Assembly: GCA_046563655.1 (NCBI GenBank) | Contig: CM102289.1 | Coordinates: 4,402,001-4,466,000, forward strand | DNA: 64,000 nt | From: Yuukianura sp. NJ FZ-2021 | Lineage: Eukaryota | Direction: 5' to 3' | In this document: positions 52,601 to 64,000 of the stretch, one piece after another | Layout of the letters: the number at the start of each line of letters is the position of its first letter | How positions within the stretch are numbered: position 1 is the stretch's first letter | Position numbers and translations under genes: made by a program | Notes under the pieces: model-generated | The model's input: only the letters and a program-made list of their open reading frames with translations | Databases searched by the model: none | Told to the model about the DNA's origin: nothing

Positions 52601-55600
52601 CATTTGTGAATGACCCGCCTTGACAAATGCTTCCACAGTCTTATCGATTTGTTCAATTCGCTTAGAACTAGCGGATAGATCAGTCAAGAATTTCTGAAAG
52701 ATAAAAACGCAATGAAAATTTAATTGAGCAAATTCCGTATAAAATAAAACACCAATTTCGCCTTTTGCTAACCTCAAATTTTCGTTTGGCACTTTCCACA
52801 TTGTCATCTGGATCGTCGTTTTGGAGCATTTTTTCCTTGTCTATAACCAAAACAATAGTGAAAATCAATTACAACATCAGCGTTTTTGCTTATATTAGTT
52901 ATTTGAATTAAAAAATGTACAAACAATTAAATTGAATTTATAGCAACAGATTGAAAATTGAACATATTAATGATTATATTCTTAACGAAAAATTACTAAC
53001 CTCGAATCCATTTCTCAAAGTCGTTACATTCCTTGTAAAATGCAAACAAACGGATAGCGTCTTCCAAGTAAGCATGTCGTTTCTGCAACAAAAACATAAT
53101 ATTCATTTTTTAAAAATAATAATTTGACGATTTGAGAGGCATCTGATCAAATCCGAGGAAATGCTGAAACGTTCTAGGTACTATTTAGAATTAGCATAAT
53201 TTTAGCGTCTTATTTTTCTGGATAACTCTAAATCCAATCCAATAGTTTCAGTTTCTATCACAACTGAACGGAACAACGCAGTTGGCACAAATCAGCAAAT
53301 CACAAACAATTAACAGAATTCACGCAGATTGCGAAGTTGAAGTAACTTCGCGACTCAAACAAATCGAATACTTTGTTTGCAAAATTCGATCGAGGGGAAA
53401 GTAGGAAAATGGTGGGCCAAATGGCTGGATTAAAAGCTGTCCAGAAGCTTACGACTTTTGAAATATCCCCAAAAGTTGTATTGACGGGAATGGGAATGGG
53501 CTTGGGCGTGGCATTTCTCTCAGAAAAAAAGGTGAATTTGGACACAAAACTTGCCAAAAAGAAACTAGCGAAGGCGTTTTCGGCCGATTCAATTGCAGCT
53601 GGGTAACCAGAAATATACTTCATCTCGTTATACAAAAAATAAAAGAATTTTAGAATCCCATTGATTTTTTTTTCTACAGATTTCAAACAGTACTTCCTGA
53701 CCCCGAGATTCGAAAAATAGTGGTCATCAATACTGCGCAGAGTTGAAATCGTAACTTTCAAAAAGCCCTTCACTAGGAGCTGATGTTCATACCGCACCGA
53801 CCGCCCTCCCACCAGTTTCAACAATCGAATATCTCGAACCCAATTAATCATAAATCCTCAAACGAAATTCAAAATCACAGGCTTGTAAGTTCACAACGAA
53901 AAACGCAATAAAATTTTTGTGTAAACTTTTCAAATGAATGTAAACATTCAACTCACCTTGGCGGAGACGACTATGTCGTGATACCCAGTATTCACTCTGG
54001 TAAGCCGTTTCTCGACAGGTTCGTTTTCCTCCGCTGAACGCTTTCCACCGCGCACTGCAAACAAAATCAGTAAATATGTCAATGTCAATATTCTGAGTAA
54101 TCACCACTTCTAACTTCCTAATCAAAAACAATCTTAAAGACAACTTACTCGCTGGTTTTGGACTCTTGGTTTTCTTCACCATTGCGTTCTGCAACACCAT
54201 CTTTGTCTTTTTGACTCTGCGAACCTCTCGTACAATCTCAGGCTTACGGGCTTGGACTTGAACAACTTTGGGCTCAATTTCTTTCACATAATTTGCTGGA
54301 ACAAACCCGTCGTTTCCATTCGCTTGACGCACGTTCCACCAATCATTGTTCGTCTTGTTCAGAAGAAACATTACCTACAACAACAAAAATCAATGTTAAT
54401 TCTGTAAAATACTCTCCAGCGATTCCGATTACCTCTCCTTTCTTAATGTCAATATCCTGCCCCTGAAATTGATAGAGCGCCTTCACTTGTGGTACTGATC
54501 GTTCTTCCGTGACTGTTTTATATTCTGTTCGCTCTACAGGCTCTTCTTCCCAATATTCTTGTGGGATAAGTTTTTGCTCCTGGACCCATTCTTCCTCTGC
54601 TGGAGGTTCAGGTTCCTGCGTCTATTGTTTAAAAAAAATATTTCAAATGAAAAAATCAATTAAACTAGGCAAAAGTTTTAAAACAGTTGAGCATACCTCT
54701 AATGTTGAAATGCCCAAACGAATCAACTTCTCTGCCTGAGCATTCAGCGCCTTGATGTCACCTTCGTACGCAGTTATTTCACTTTGTAATGCCTTGTGTC
54801 TCTGTAGTAATGCTTGGGCGCTGGGCTCATCTTCTCCATAGTCAACGGAAGTAACTAATGGCTTCTTCTCATGGAGCCACGAGTCTGCTTCATTAGCATC
54901 AGCATAGAACTGAAAAATCACAAGACCAAAACGTTGTATTCAAGTGCCACTGATTAACATTTACGGGAAAACTTACTTGGTAAGCTTCTGCCGCATCTTT
55001 CAACTTTTTCTCCTTCACCATTGCCAAATCCTGAAGAGTTTTCCAATGTTTCGTCAAACTTTCTATTCGCTGCTGGATATCTTTGGACTCTGGTGGATTT
55101 GCTGACAGTAGTTCTTGACCCGCTTCAATAATTTTATGTGACTTTGGTAACCTGGCTTTCATTTCATCTGCTACTGCTTTGTGTTTCTGCTGAAGACTGA
55201 TGACTGCCCGTAAGTCCTTAGCTGAAATCCCTGAATTACATATTCGTTGCTTCTCAATAAGCCACGCCTCCTCTTCTTCATGGTCTTGAACAAATTGGAA
55301 AAAACTGCGGGCATCTTCTAATTTACTCCTTCTCTCGGCACTCATTTTGAGCAACTTTTTGTACTCCTCTCCCAATTTCTCTAGTTGCGTCTTTAGAGCT
55401 GCACTTTCACGTAATTCCGAAGTGACGTATTGGGCACCCTGACGATTCAGTCGCTTCAGGGTCTCTCCCATCGATGCGATTTGAGATTCCAGAAGACTGT
55501 GTTTCTGGAGAAGGTCTTCAACCGCTAGAAGATGGTGCCCAACGTCATTTGATAGAAAGTTTTCCTCTAATTCATGGATTGTGCTGCTCATTGTGTCAAT

Positions 55601-58600
55601 TTCTCTGAGCATCGACATAAGATGACTATAGGTGCCCAATTTCGCTCTATGTGTTTCCAGTAGCTGCAGTAACTTGTTCCAAGTTTCCATAATTTCATCT
55701 GCCCGTTTCTGAATTCGAGTCTTTCCATGGTATCCTTCTCGTACTAAATAATCTGCGATAGTCGTCAGTTGGGCACACCGTTCCTCCTGAAATCATAAAA
55801 TCAGAACTCTGTATTCAAGACGAGACAATTCAACTCAGGTAAACCAAACGCAAGGTTTGCGTAAATCTGAAACAAGTTTTGTGATAGGCCGAAATTTTAT
55901 AGCATCGAATCAAATTTCCTTACCCGTGCAAGAATATCTGCGGAGATGGCTTCATGTTTCTTAAGAGTTGCCTCAACTTGTCCCACGTTCATTCCGTACC
56001 TTGGATCACTCAAAACCAGAATCATGTCCTTCAAGTATCCTTCTCTCAGTGCAATTTTCTTGTCAAATCGTTCTGCCAACTGTTCCAAGTGTGTTTGTCG
56101 AAGTAGCTCTTCTCGTAAAGCCAATTCACGTTGATTTTCTGCCTTCTCAAGGCTGTTCCAGGCCTTCTCAAGGTCATGAATTTGTTTTCCATCGGGTGGA
56201 TTGTATAGCAGTTGCTTTAGTTCCTTCAATCTCGTGTTGATATTAAAGTAACAGACTTCAATCTCACTCTTTTCATTGTACTTTGGAGGTTTCTCTACGG
56301 TCCGATATTCCTTAAACTTCAGTAGTTCCTTCTGGATCCCTTCAAAGGAATTTGGAAATGTGTGGTCATTTAATTTTTCAATCGTTGTTCGAATCCATTC
56401 CATAAGATCTGATGTGAACAGTTCATATTTGTTTTTTAGTTTGTCTGCATCAACAATTTGACCCACAATCTGAAAACGAATGGAATTGAAGAAACACGTC
56501 ACATAAATATGAATTCCATTTTTATTTTAAGTAGATTCAGAAATTCACAGTTGGTTTACATTGGCAATTCGACGGCCGCCCTTCATCTCATTCTTCATTC
56601 GTGCAAAAGTGTGGTAGTAGGAGGCAACATACGTCAAAACTGACTTCTCATCAGGTTTGGCAGTATCAATATCTATTGAAAAATCATAAAAAATTAATTC
56701 TACACTGCCATGATAAATAGAAAACAGTTTGATTGCAGTCCTTGAACGTCATATTTTGACAAGTATCGAATTCAATCATGCTCATTTAAACCAAAGAAGC
56801 ATCTTGCAAACTCACCCTCTGCATCCAGCAGTCGAGGGATGCCCAAATCCCGTTCTGCCACATCAAATGCATTGTTCAAGTTGTCAATATGGCGAGATGG
56901 AACCAAGTTATCAAAGTCAATGAGATCTGGTCGGTGGGCGTGGATGAGCGCATTGAATCCAAGTCCAGTTCTCCAGCTACCTGTTATACAAAGAGTAAAT
57001 CATAGAAATTAAATTGAAAAAGGCATAAAACTGATGAGGTTTTTGTAATTGCAAAAACAAATTGGCCAGTTTTGCATCCAGTACCTGTGAAATCTTGGAT
57101 ATTGACGTTGTTGTATCCATTTGTTCTCCTTTGACACCACAATAAGAGGGCATCTTTGGCTGATTTTTTCTCACTACTTTCATTCTCCTCATCCTGTTCA
57201 AATTAGCAAACCAAAACATGTACATGTTAATAGTCCTGTAATAAATCCTGTTACTTAATGTACTCATTTCAAACCCCATTCCCCAAAGTTAGCATTGCTG
57301 TGACAAAAATTTTAAACGCATCACTTAACAGGGCTACCATTCGAGTCTATTGCTTTTCAAATGTTTTCCCGCGAATTCAGGCATTTTCTCTCGGTGTAAG
57401 AGCAAACAATTAGTAATTTAATGAAACTGCTGTCGCATAATTCCTAAAATATTCCCAACTCGGTCAAGTTTATTCCATCGTATGCTATACGAATTTGAAA
57501 AAAAAAGACAAATGACCATGAGTAATGCTGTTTTGCTTTTTAGCTTTTACGTTTACCCTACATCGCGGCGTCACACAGCATTTACCTCCTTAAGCGTCTC
57601 TAAATATAAACAAAAGCTTCTCCTGCTGAGGTTTTATTTTTCAAAGATGCACACATTAAGCCGTTGGACTTAAAAGAGGAGTCGGGAGTCAAGAGATTTT
57701 TAAAAGATCAATATTATTGTTGAGCTCTGCAGCTTCCACTGCAAATGAGCACAAACAATCCCATCTTTGGAGCTTTCATGGGGTGAGTTTGTTCATCTAA
57801 GGACAGAAATGCCCCGTTTTCAGCCTTTCAACCCCAAATGTTAAAACTTTACTCAAGTTCAAGTTCCATCTGACTCTGGCAACGCCTTAAAATTATGCAT
57901 GCAGACTTAACAAGGGAGAGGATGAGCATTCATTTCATCAAAGCAACTCTTAGAACGAGTTTACATTGTACTACTCCGTGATTTATACAACCGAAACTTA
58001 TTAAGTTCTATTAAATATATTTGCCCTCACGCATTTCATGTCTACGGACGAGGAAAAGGCGAGGCCAGGGTTAAGTGTATGCTCAGCTTACACTATACTT
58101 CAAAAAATTATGATCCCATAATAATATTCTCTCTCACTCTTGTACAAAGCTACGTAAGTGCAAAGGTGTTGACGTCTGATAGTTGACAAATTGCTCGGTT
58201 CATTGTATAGCCAATGGCAGCATCTTGTAAAATAAAATTCAGATTCAAGTAACGTGCTCAGTATCGGATTCTGGCCGCTAGTCATGTTGAAAATTACTGC
58301 GCATGTCCACAATGATTACTCCTTTAGACCGTACAGGTAACATGTTCCGGGTTTTGCTAAAACTAAAAGCATAATCTAATCGTAAAGTAGTCATCTGAGA
58401 AGTATTAAGCTTCAGCCTATCTAATCGCTTTTGACCTCCGCTTGTACCAATGTTAGAATTGTTAACTTTGGTCGGCATTTTAACCAAAAAGTGATCAGGA
58501 GTATTTAATATTCTGAGTAAATCTTTAAAACAATTCCGCTTGTTGACAAACTGCGTGCCCTCCTGTCGTTAACGACAGTAACAGTAATGAGAACGCAAAC

Positions 58601-61600
58601 GAGCCAAAATTCACCGACTTTAAACAACAGTCTATGATGACATTGTGGAGGCGACATCATGACTTTGACAGCGGTCCAAAAATTTAATGGTGTTGAAAGA
58701 CCATTTTAAGATAAAAAGTTAAACGGTCGCGCCCCATTACGCCTTTCTGACGGCAGTGCTTAGCAAACATCAGATTGGAAGATCAATCAGCACTTCTTTA
58801 AATGCCAATTGACAGTCTCATGACAGTTGCCATCACTCATACCGTAGCGTCCCAATAAATTTGTCCTCTTATATAAATAGAAATTAAGTTGTCTCTTACC
58901 ACATCAATTTCAATTTCTTGAATTTGGAAGCGCAGAATAATGGTCCACAGTAGTCCTAAAATTAGTCTTGGATTTCCATCTACGATATCCTCTGCTCCAA
59001 TGCTTTCTAGGCGGACCTAAATTCAGTAAAAAGATTAACAATGTGAAACAATTGCCATTGTCAAGGGTGCTTCTGTTTTCATTGAAAGAACAAATGTGGT
59101 TCCTTCAATCTCATCGTTTTATTCCCCTTACATCCCAATTTCAAGTTAAATTATTTCCAATTTAACAAAATACTTAAGCATTCGCTCAGCGAATAAAAAA
59201 AAATTATGGCATGAATTTTACGCTCTAATAAAAACCTTACGAGGATTATCTCTTATACACATTTAGCATGAAAGTAAAAAAAAAATAACTCGATCCAATT
59301 CGCACCAAATTTTAATTCTACCAATGATGAAATAATAATGCCCTGCATAATCTTGATTTTCAGAAATAAAAACAAGGAAACAGGTTAGGCTTCCGTAAAG
59401 TGCAAGAGCAGTAGTTTCCTGTACACATTTAAGTACGTTAAGGGAACAGCGACTTTTTCCTTCCTTGACAGGATTCTAAAGATTGTGCTACGTTTAGGAA
59501 CCTTATACCACACTTTGATCAAGTGGACGACGTCAACTTACTTTGGAAAGAAGAAATGCTAAGCTCTTGTTAACATTTTCAATCTTGTGAACTCTCATTT
59601 TCCCATTGTTTGGCTTCCCTAGTTTCTCTCCAGAAATAATTTCCAGGAGTTTCAGCAGTTTCTTTCCATCTGCCAAGTCCACAAATAGGTCGTCCACTTC
59701 CATACGAACCTGAAAAAGTTAACAATCATAAACATTATTACTATCCATTGTAGTAAAATACTACTTTACCTAATACCACTTTTGTTGACACTTTTTTTCG
59801 TGAAAAAAATTATTAGGTTACGTTTTGATGATTCATACGTACATAAGTCTAAGTCTTAACTCATTAAGTTTCGTAGAAATCAAGCGAATTCTACCCTGTC
59901 CGAACCAATTCTGCTGAAACCGCGTCTAAAGTTGTCGCGCTTCCAAAAAAAAGTTTCAAAAACACCTACGCAATTGATGAGTCAACTTAGATGACTTTCT
60001 GACACATTGGCACAGATACCCGGGGATCTAGGGTGACAGATTGAAAAAGTATTTTGAAGATGCATAACAAATGACTAAATTCATTCAAATCAACGGATGA
60101 GACTCGAGTGTTTCCCATTTGTCGTTGCTTGTTGCTTCAACTGAAAAAAAAAGCTTCCGGTGACGACTGAAAACGGGAACAGCACATCCTTTCGTTCTTT
60201 GCTTTCTCAACCTCATCTTCCTAATTCTTAGTTAAACAAACTTATCGTTAGTTAAATAAACAATTAAAAATGAAAACATTAACATCCTTTTCCAAAATCA
60301 AGAACCCCTTAAGGGAAAAAGTGCTAAGCTGTATCAACAAAAAGATCTCCCAGTTGAACAATAAGATGCTGATGTATTATTTAGCCCCATCATCACCCTA
60401 TATGTTAAGAACACTCTAGAAATAGCATTGTTAATTCACTTCAGACGTTGTTGGTCAGTTCTAATGGCGTTCGTAAGTATCGTGACCTTCATGTTCCACA
60501 TTTTCCATTTGTATGCGTCACCCCCGCAAAATTAACAAGCTGAAGAATGCGACACGTCAAGTCCGGCGGAGCCGGTTTAGATATAGCTAATCATCATCGG
60601 CTTTGTAAAATTCATTTAACGAAATGACATCACCCCATTTTCTCTAACCTTCATTTCATCTCTCAAACCTTTTGTCACTTCAATTTGCACTAAAAATGAA
60701 AGTTAAGCTTTCGTATCTCATGCATACATGATTGCAAAAATGTTTCTGGGAAACAACCCTTCGTAAACAGCAATCTATCAGTACTGAATGCTAGTGATTT
60801 ACAACCTCAGTTTCCCGTTTCACTACGTATCACGTTAACTTGTTAAAAATTGGAATTGTACAACTGTCTGTCTTGTATAGTTTATCTGTTAATCAAGTTT
60901 TCTAATTTTGTTGTCTTTACTACCTTATATATTACACTAACCTACTATACAGACTAACCTGCATCAGATTTTTATGATTACAAGGAAAGTTTAAGTCGTT
61001 AATGAAGAAAAATAGCCAGAGGCAATTTCCTCTTTTGATCTAAACCTATTATGACATGACTTAAATGCACAATCCCTGAGAAATTAGTTTTGGAATATCA
61101 CATTGTTCAAATGGGCAGGGCGTCCTTAGTATTTTTTCCCATCAAAAGTTACAAAAAGTCAATTTAAAATTTACGCAGGAACACAATACAATGCATTTAG
61201 TGGGTAGATTTTAGAAAAAAAAATTCAGATTAGAAGGTCGAGATATGAACCATATCTAAAGTGAACATGCTGATTTTGAGCACTCAGAACATAAAATATC
61301 AAGTTCAGCAAAAATTCATCCCCGTATAACTTCTTTTGGCGTCATTTGCTATTGAACACATACATGCTCAATAGAAGAAAAAAAAACTTCGCCACTTTCA
61401 CAAAAGAGCGACAAGTGGATTCAAAACTGGCTCTTTTAGTTCTAAATGTTCTCAGAATTTAGAAGTGTTTGTTTAGTAATCTACCTTTCCCAGGAATGAA
61501 TTCATCCATTTCGTAAAAGTCTTTTTCTGTATGTGAAGTCTTTCCTCTTGCAAGGCCTTGATTCGTCCAGTCTCAAATTTTAAGGCGTCTTCCCTCTGAG

Positions 61601-61604
61601 ACAT
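40663..61604 (-). CDS. kst: Beta-Heavy spectrin (karst / spectrin beta-V ortholog), full coding region
   Basis: Start [38 protein letters not shown] (61604). Tandem CH domains, many spectrin repeats, an internal SH3 ([27 protein letters not shown], about 54290-54490), a PH domain ([24 protein letters not shown]) and a low-complexity tail ending RRKKATNL* at 40663. The internal SH3 and the length distinguish it from conventional beta-spectrin. Confidence 0.96.
53409..53746 (+). CDS. Candidate nested antisense two-exon microprotein (86 aa) in a spectrin intron
   Basis: Exon 53409-53602, 77-nt GT-AG intron with a strong pyrimidine tract (TTTTTTTTTCTACAG), exon 53680-53746. Inr-like TCAGTT near 53248; AATAAA at 53907-53912. 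Confidence 0.55.
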
Positions 61605-64000
61605 TTTAGGAATGTTGAAATGTAGATGGGATTTATCCGATCACTGGAATGGAAACACTGAATATATTAAAGTTGACAGTCCAGCTCACTCCAAATGGAA
61701 AGTTGTACTAGTGTCGTGGAGAGGCCTTGAATAAATCCGCCTGTAATCGGGGCGGCTCTCAGGAGATAATTACGTTTCCCACTCAAGTTGTAGACTGAAC
61801 ATGAAGTTTGATTCCAAAAAAAAGAGAGAAAAAGTTGGGACACCGACACCGATGTCGAAGTGGTTGAGAAGAGGAGATGATGGTGTTGGTGGGAGGGGTA
61901 CTACTAGGTTTAGCGTCGATGTCCTGTCTTCTCTTCTTCGTTTGTTCCACTACTGCTCCTTGTTTTGTTCGTTCTTACTCCACACAATTCTGAAAACCCG
62001 TTACCAATTCCTGAAATTCAAAAAGAACCGATATATGAGAAACCGTACCATGCTGAACAATTGGCTTCTGGGGCCACAGCCACCAAAAACTTAAATCTTC
62101 ATAATAATGAGGGTACACGCTTAATTAGAGATTCTAACATCGTAGTGTAAAAAAGCAGTTTGAGTAAAGGAGCAAAACAGTTTATGGAGATTTTTGAAAA
62201 TTGAAACTTGCAACATATCATAAATTCAAGAAGCGTAGTAAATTCATAACAAATTCTGTAAATTCTCCGCTTTGTGCTTTTTTACTACTAAAATATTGAA
62301 ATAAAATTTTCTTTAACTGGGAGAGGCTTAACATAACAACATGAAGCGGACGTGAAAATAGACATCGAGCTGCGCATTCGCCGGATAACTTAACATGTGA
62401 CCTTAGGAACCCGGTCCGGTAGTTCGGTAGTTGTCATGAGTGTTCACATGAAGTGTTTATGACAATGGCTCCTGCCACATGGATTACAGTTAACCTAAAG
62501 CTGAGCTAATGAAAAGCACAACCTCAAAAATTTCAACTAACTTACGTTCCTATCGATCAATCAATCTAAATCCAACCTGTCAAGTTAATGCGGGTCGTCA
62601 CCTCACAAGTCAGAAATATTTTTCAGCAAATCCTTAACCCAGTCTATATTAACTTTAACACGCATTTGGAGCTTATTCGTTATTGCAAAATCTAAAAATC
62701 TAATGCTCGCTTGCTCAGTTCGTAACTAGTCAAAATTCAAACTTGAACTTGGTTAGGCGTTTTATAAAAAAAACTGGGCTGTTTGCTTTTCCTGAACCAT
62801 GTACTTTGGGTCATTAGTGCGGAAGAGGTGTGATGTGGATGACAGATTTTATCTTTTTAAATTCCAATGTATTTATCTACTAAACTTTCACTAATCGAGC
62901 TGTTCTAATTAATTCCTATTTTGGCATGTTAGCCTTCAACGTCGCAGTAGACAAGCCTTGATATGATAACTCAGGGGATAGATGATACCTTCATATGTAA
63001 GTGGAGCACTCATGATTAATTCCGAAATAGCAAACAGGTAGTGTCATTGCCATACCCCGAAGGAGTTCACGGTGACCTTCCTTGATTTTCAATACAAATG
63101 GAAGGCTTTTCCATTTGGATTCAGAATCAAATTCCGTGTATCCCATTCTCTATGTGATATTTGATAGGTCTGTATCAAATACTAAAACTGAATAAATACG
63201 TAACGAATAGTTGTTAGAATGGTCATGGTAGCGCCGATGAACTCTTAACCTGTGATATCAAGTTAGGATTGGAAGGGTTAGGCCTGGGTAACCCCAACTT
63301 AAGAATAATTACTGACTTTAGAAGAATTACTAACTGGTTATTAGTGTAAATTAGTCAATGAATCCTAAGTCAAACTACAATAATAAAAGTATAATGTAAC
63401 ATGGATTCAATTCTAATTGAATGTAAACCACCACCATCAGTAGTAAGTTGCGTTGCACCCCTCATCTGCCTAGTATTCTCAGCCATTACTCGCCAAGGTA
63501 AAGAAAAACTCTTTCGGCCATTGAACTTTTACGTTTACCCTACCTTTGTACCTTTCATTTCATCTCATTCATACAAACAAAATTTTCTCCCTACATGCAA
63601 TGCAAACTACTTCAAAGATCAAAACCATTATATTAATTTTGTGACTTGCTTTTAACAATGCAATGCATTCTATTTTTGCGTATACATCCGCACTTACTAT
63701 TTACTAATCTCAGTATGTAAACAAATAGTACTGACCCGTGTCATAATAGCTGCAGGATGATGTTTGGACTTCTCGAATACGATTAAAAAGGCGGCTGAGT
63801 TGCAGTACGTTCAATGGACGCAATTTCTTCGCTGAGTAATCTGGACCCAAACAGTTTGGAATTGGAGTTACTTCAGATTGAGATGAGTTGATTGGGTGGG
63901 AACTTTTGCTTCGTCGATGAAGCCTAAAACTTGACCAAAACGGCCGACATTTAAGGCACCAGATTCCGCCAAATAACGGAATTTCAATCCTAGAAACCAC

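Noticed and set aside
53300..53851. 183-aa minus-strand ORF in the kst intron
   Set aside because: Non-ATG start and not spectrin-like; better explained as the antisense shadow of the + strand candidate.

Overview
Eukaryotic, AT-rich, intron-dense arthropod DNA with most introns 60-120 bp. The divergent 7TM chemoreceptor and the ZAD-like zinc-finger protein suggest a basal hexapod such as a springtail (inference only). Left to right: an internally deleted pogo-type DNA transposon (2.2-3.1 kb); a 3-exon GR/OR-like chemoreceptor; a full-length but pore-divergent kainate-type iGluR; BMS1; a convergent ZAD-like/C2H2 gene; a nested repeat complex (Helentron/DINE-like head, then a 14x59-bp array interrupted by a TA-flanked MITE that itself holds a 31x19-bp array); tRNA-Ser(AGA); a small multi-exon single-pass membrane protein gene only partly visible in the ORF track; an arginase; and the full coding region of beta-Heavy spectrin (karst) on the minus strand. 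The spectrin gene has cassette micro-exons and a candidate antisense two-exon microprotein gene in one intron. Gene models were spliced by hand; no database searches were run.
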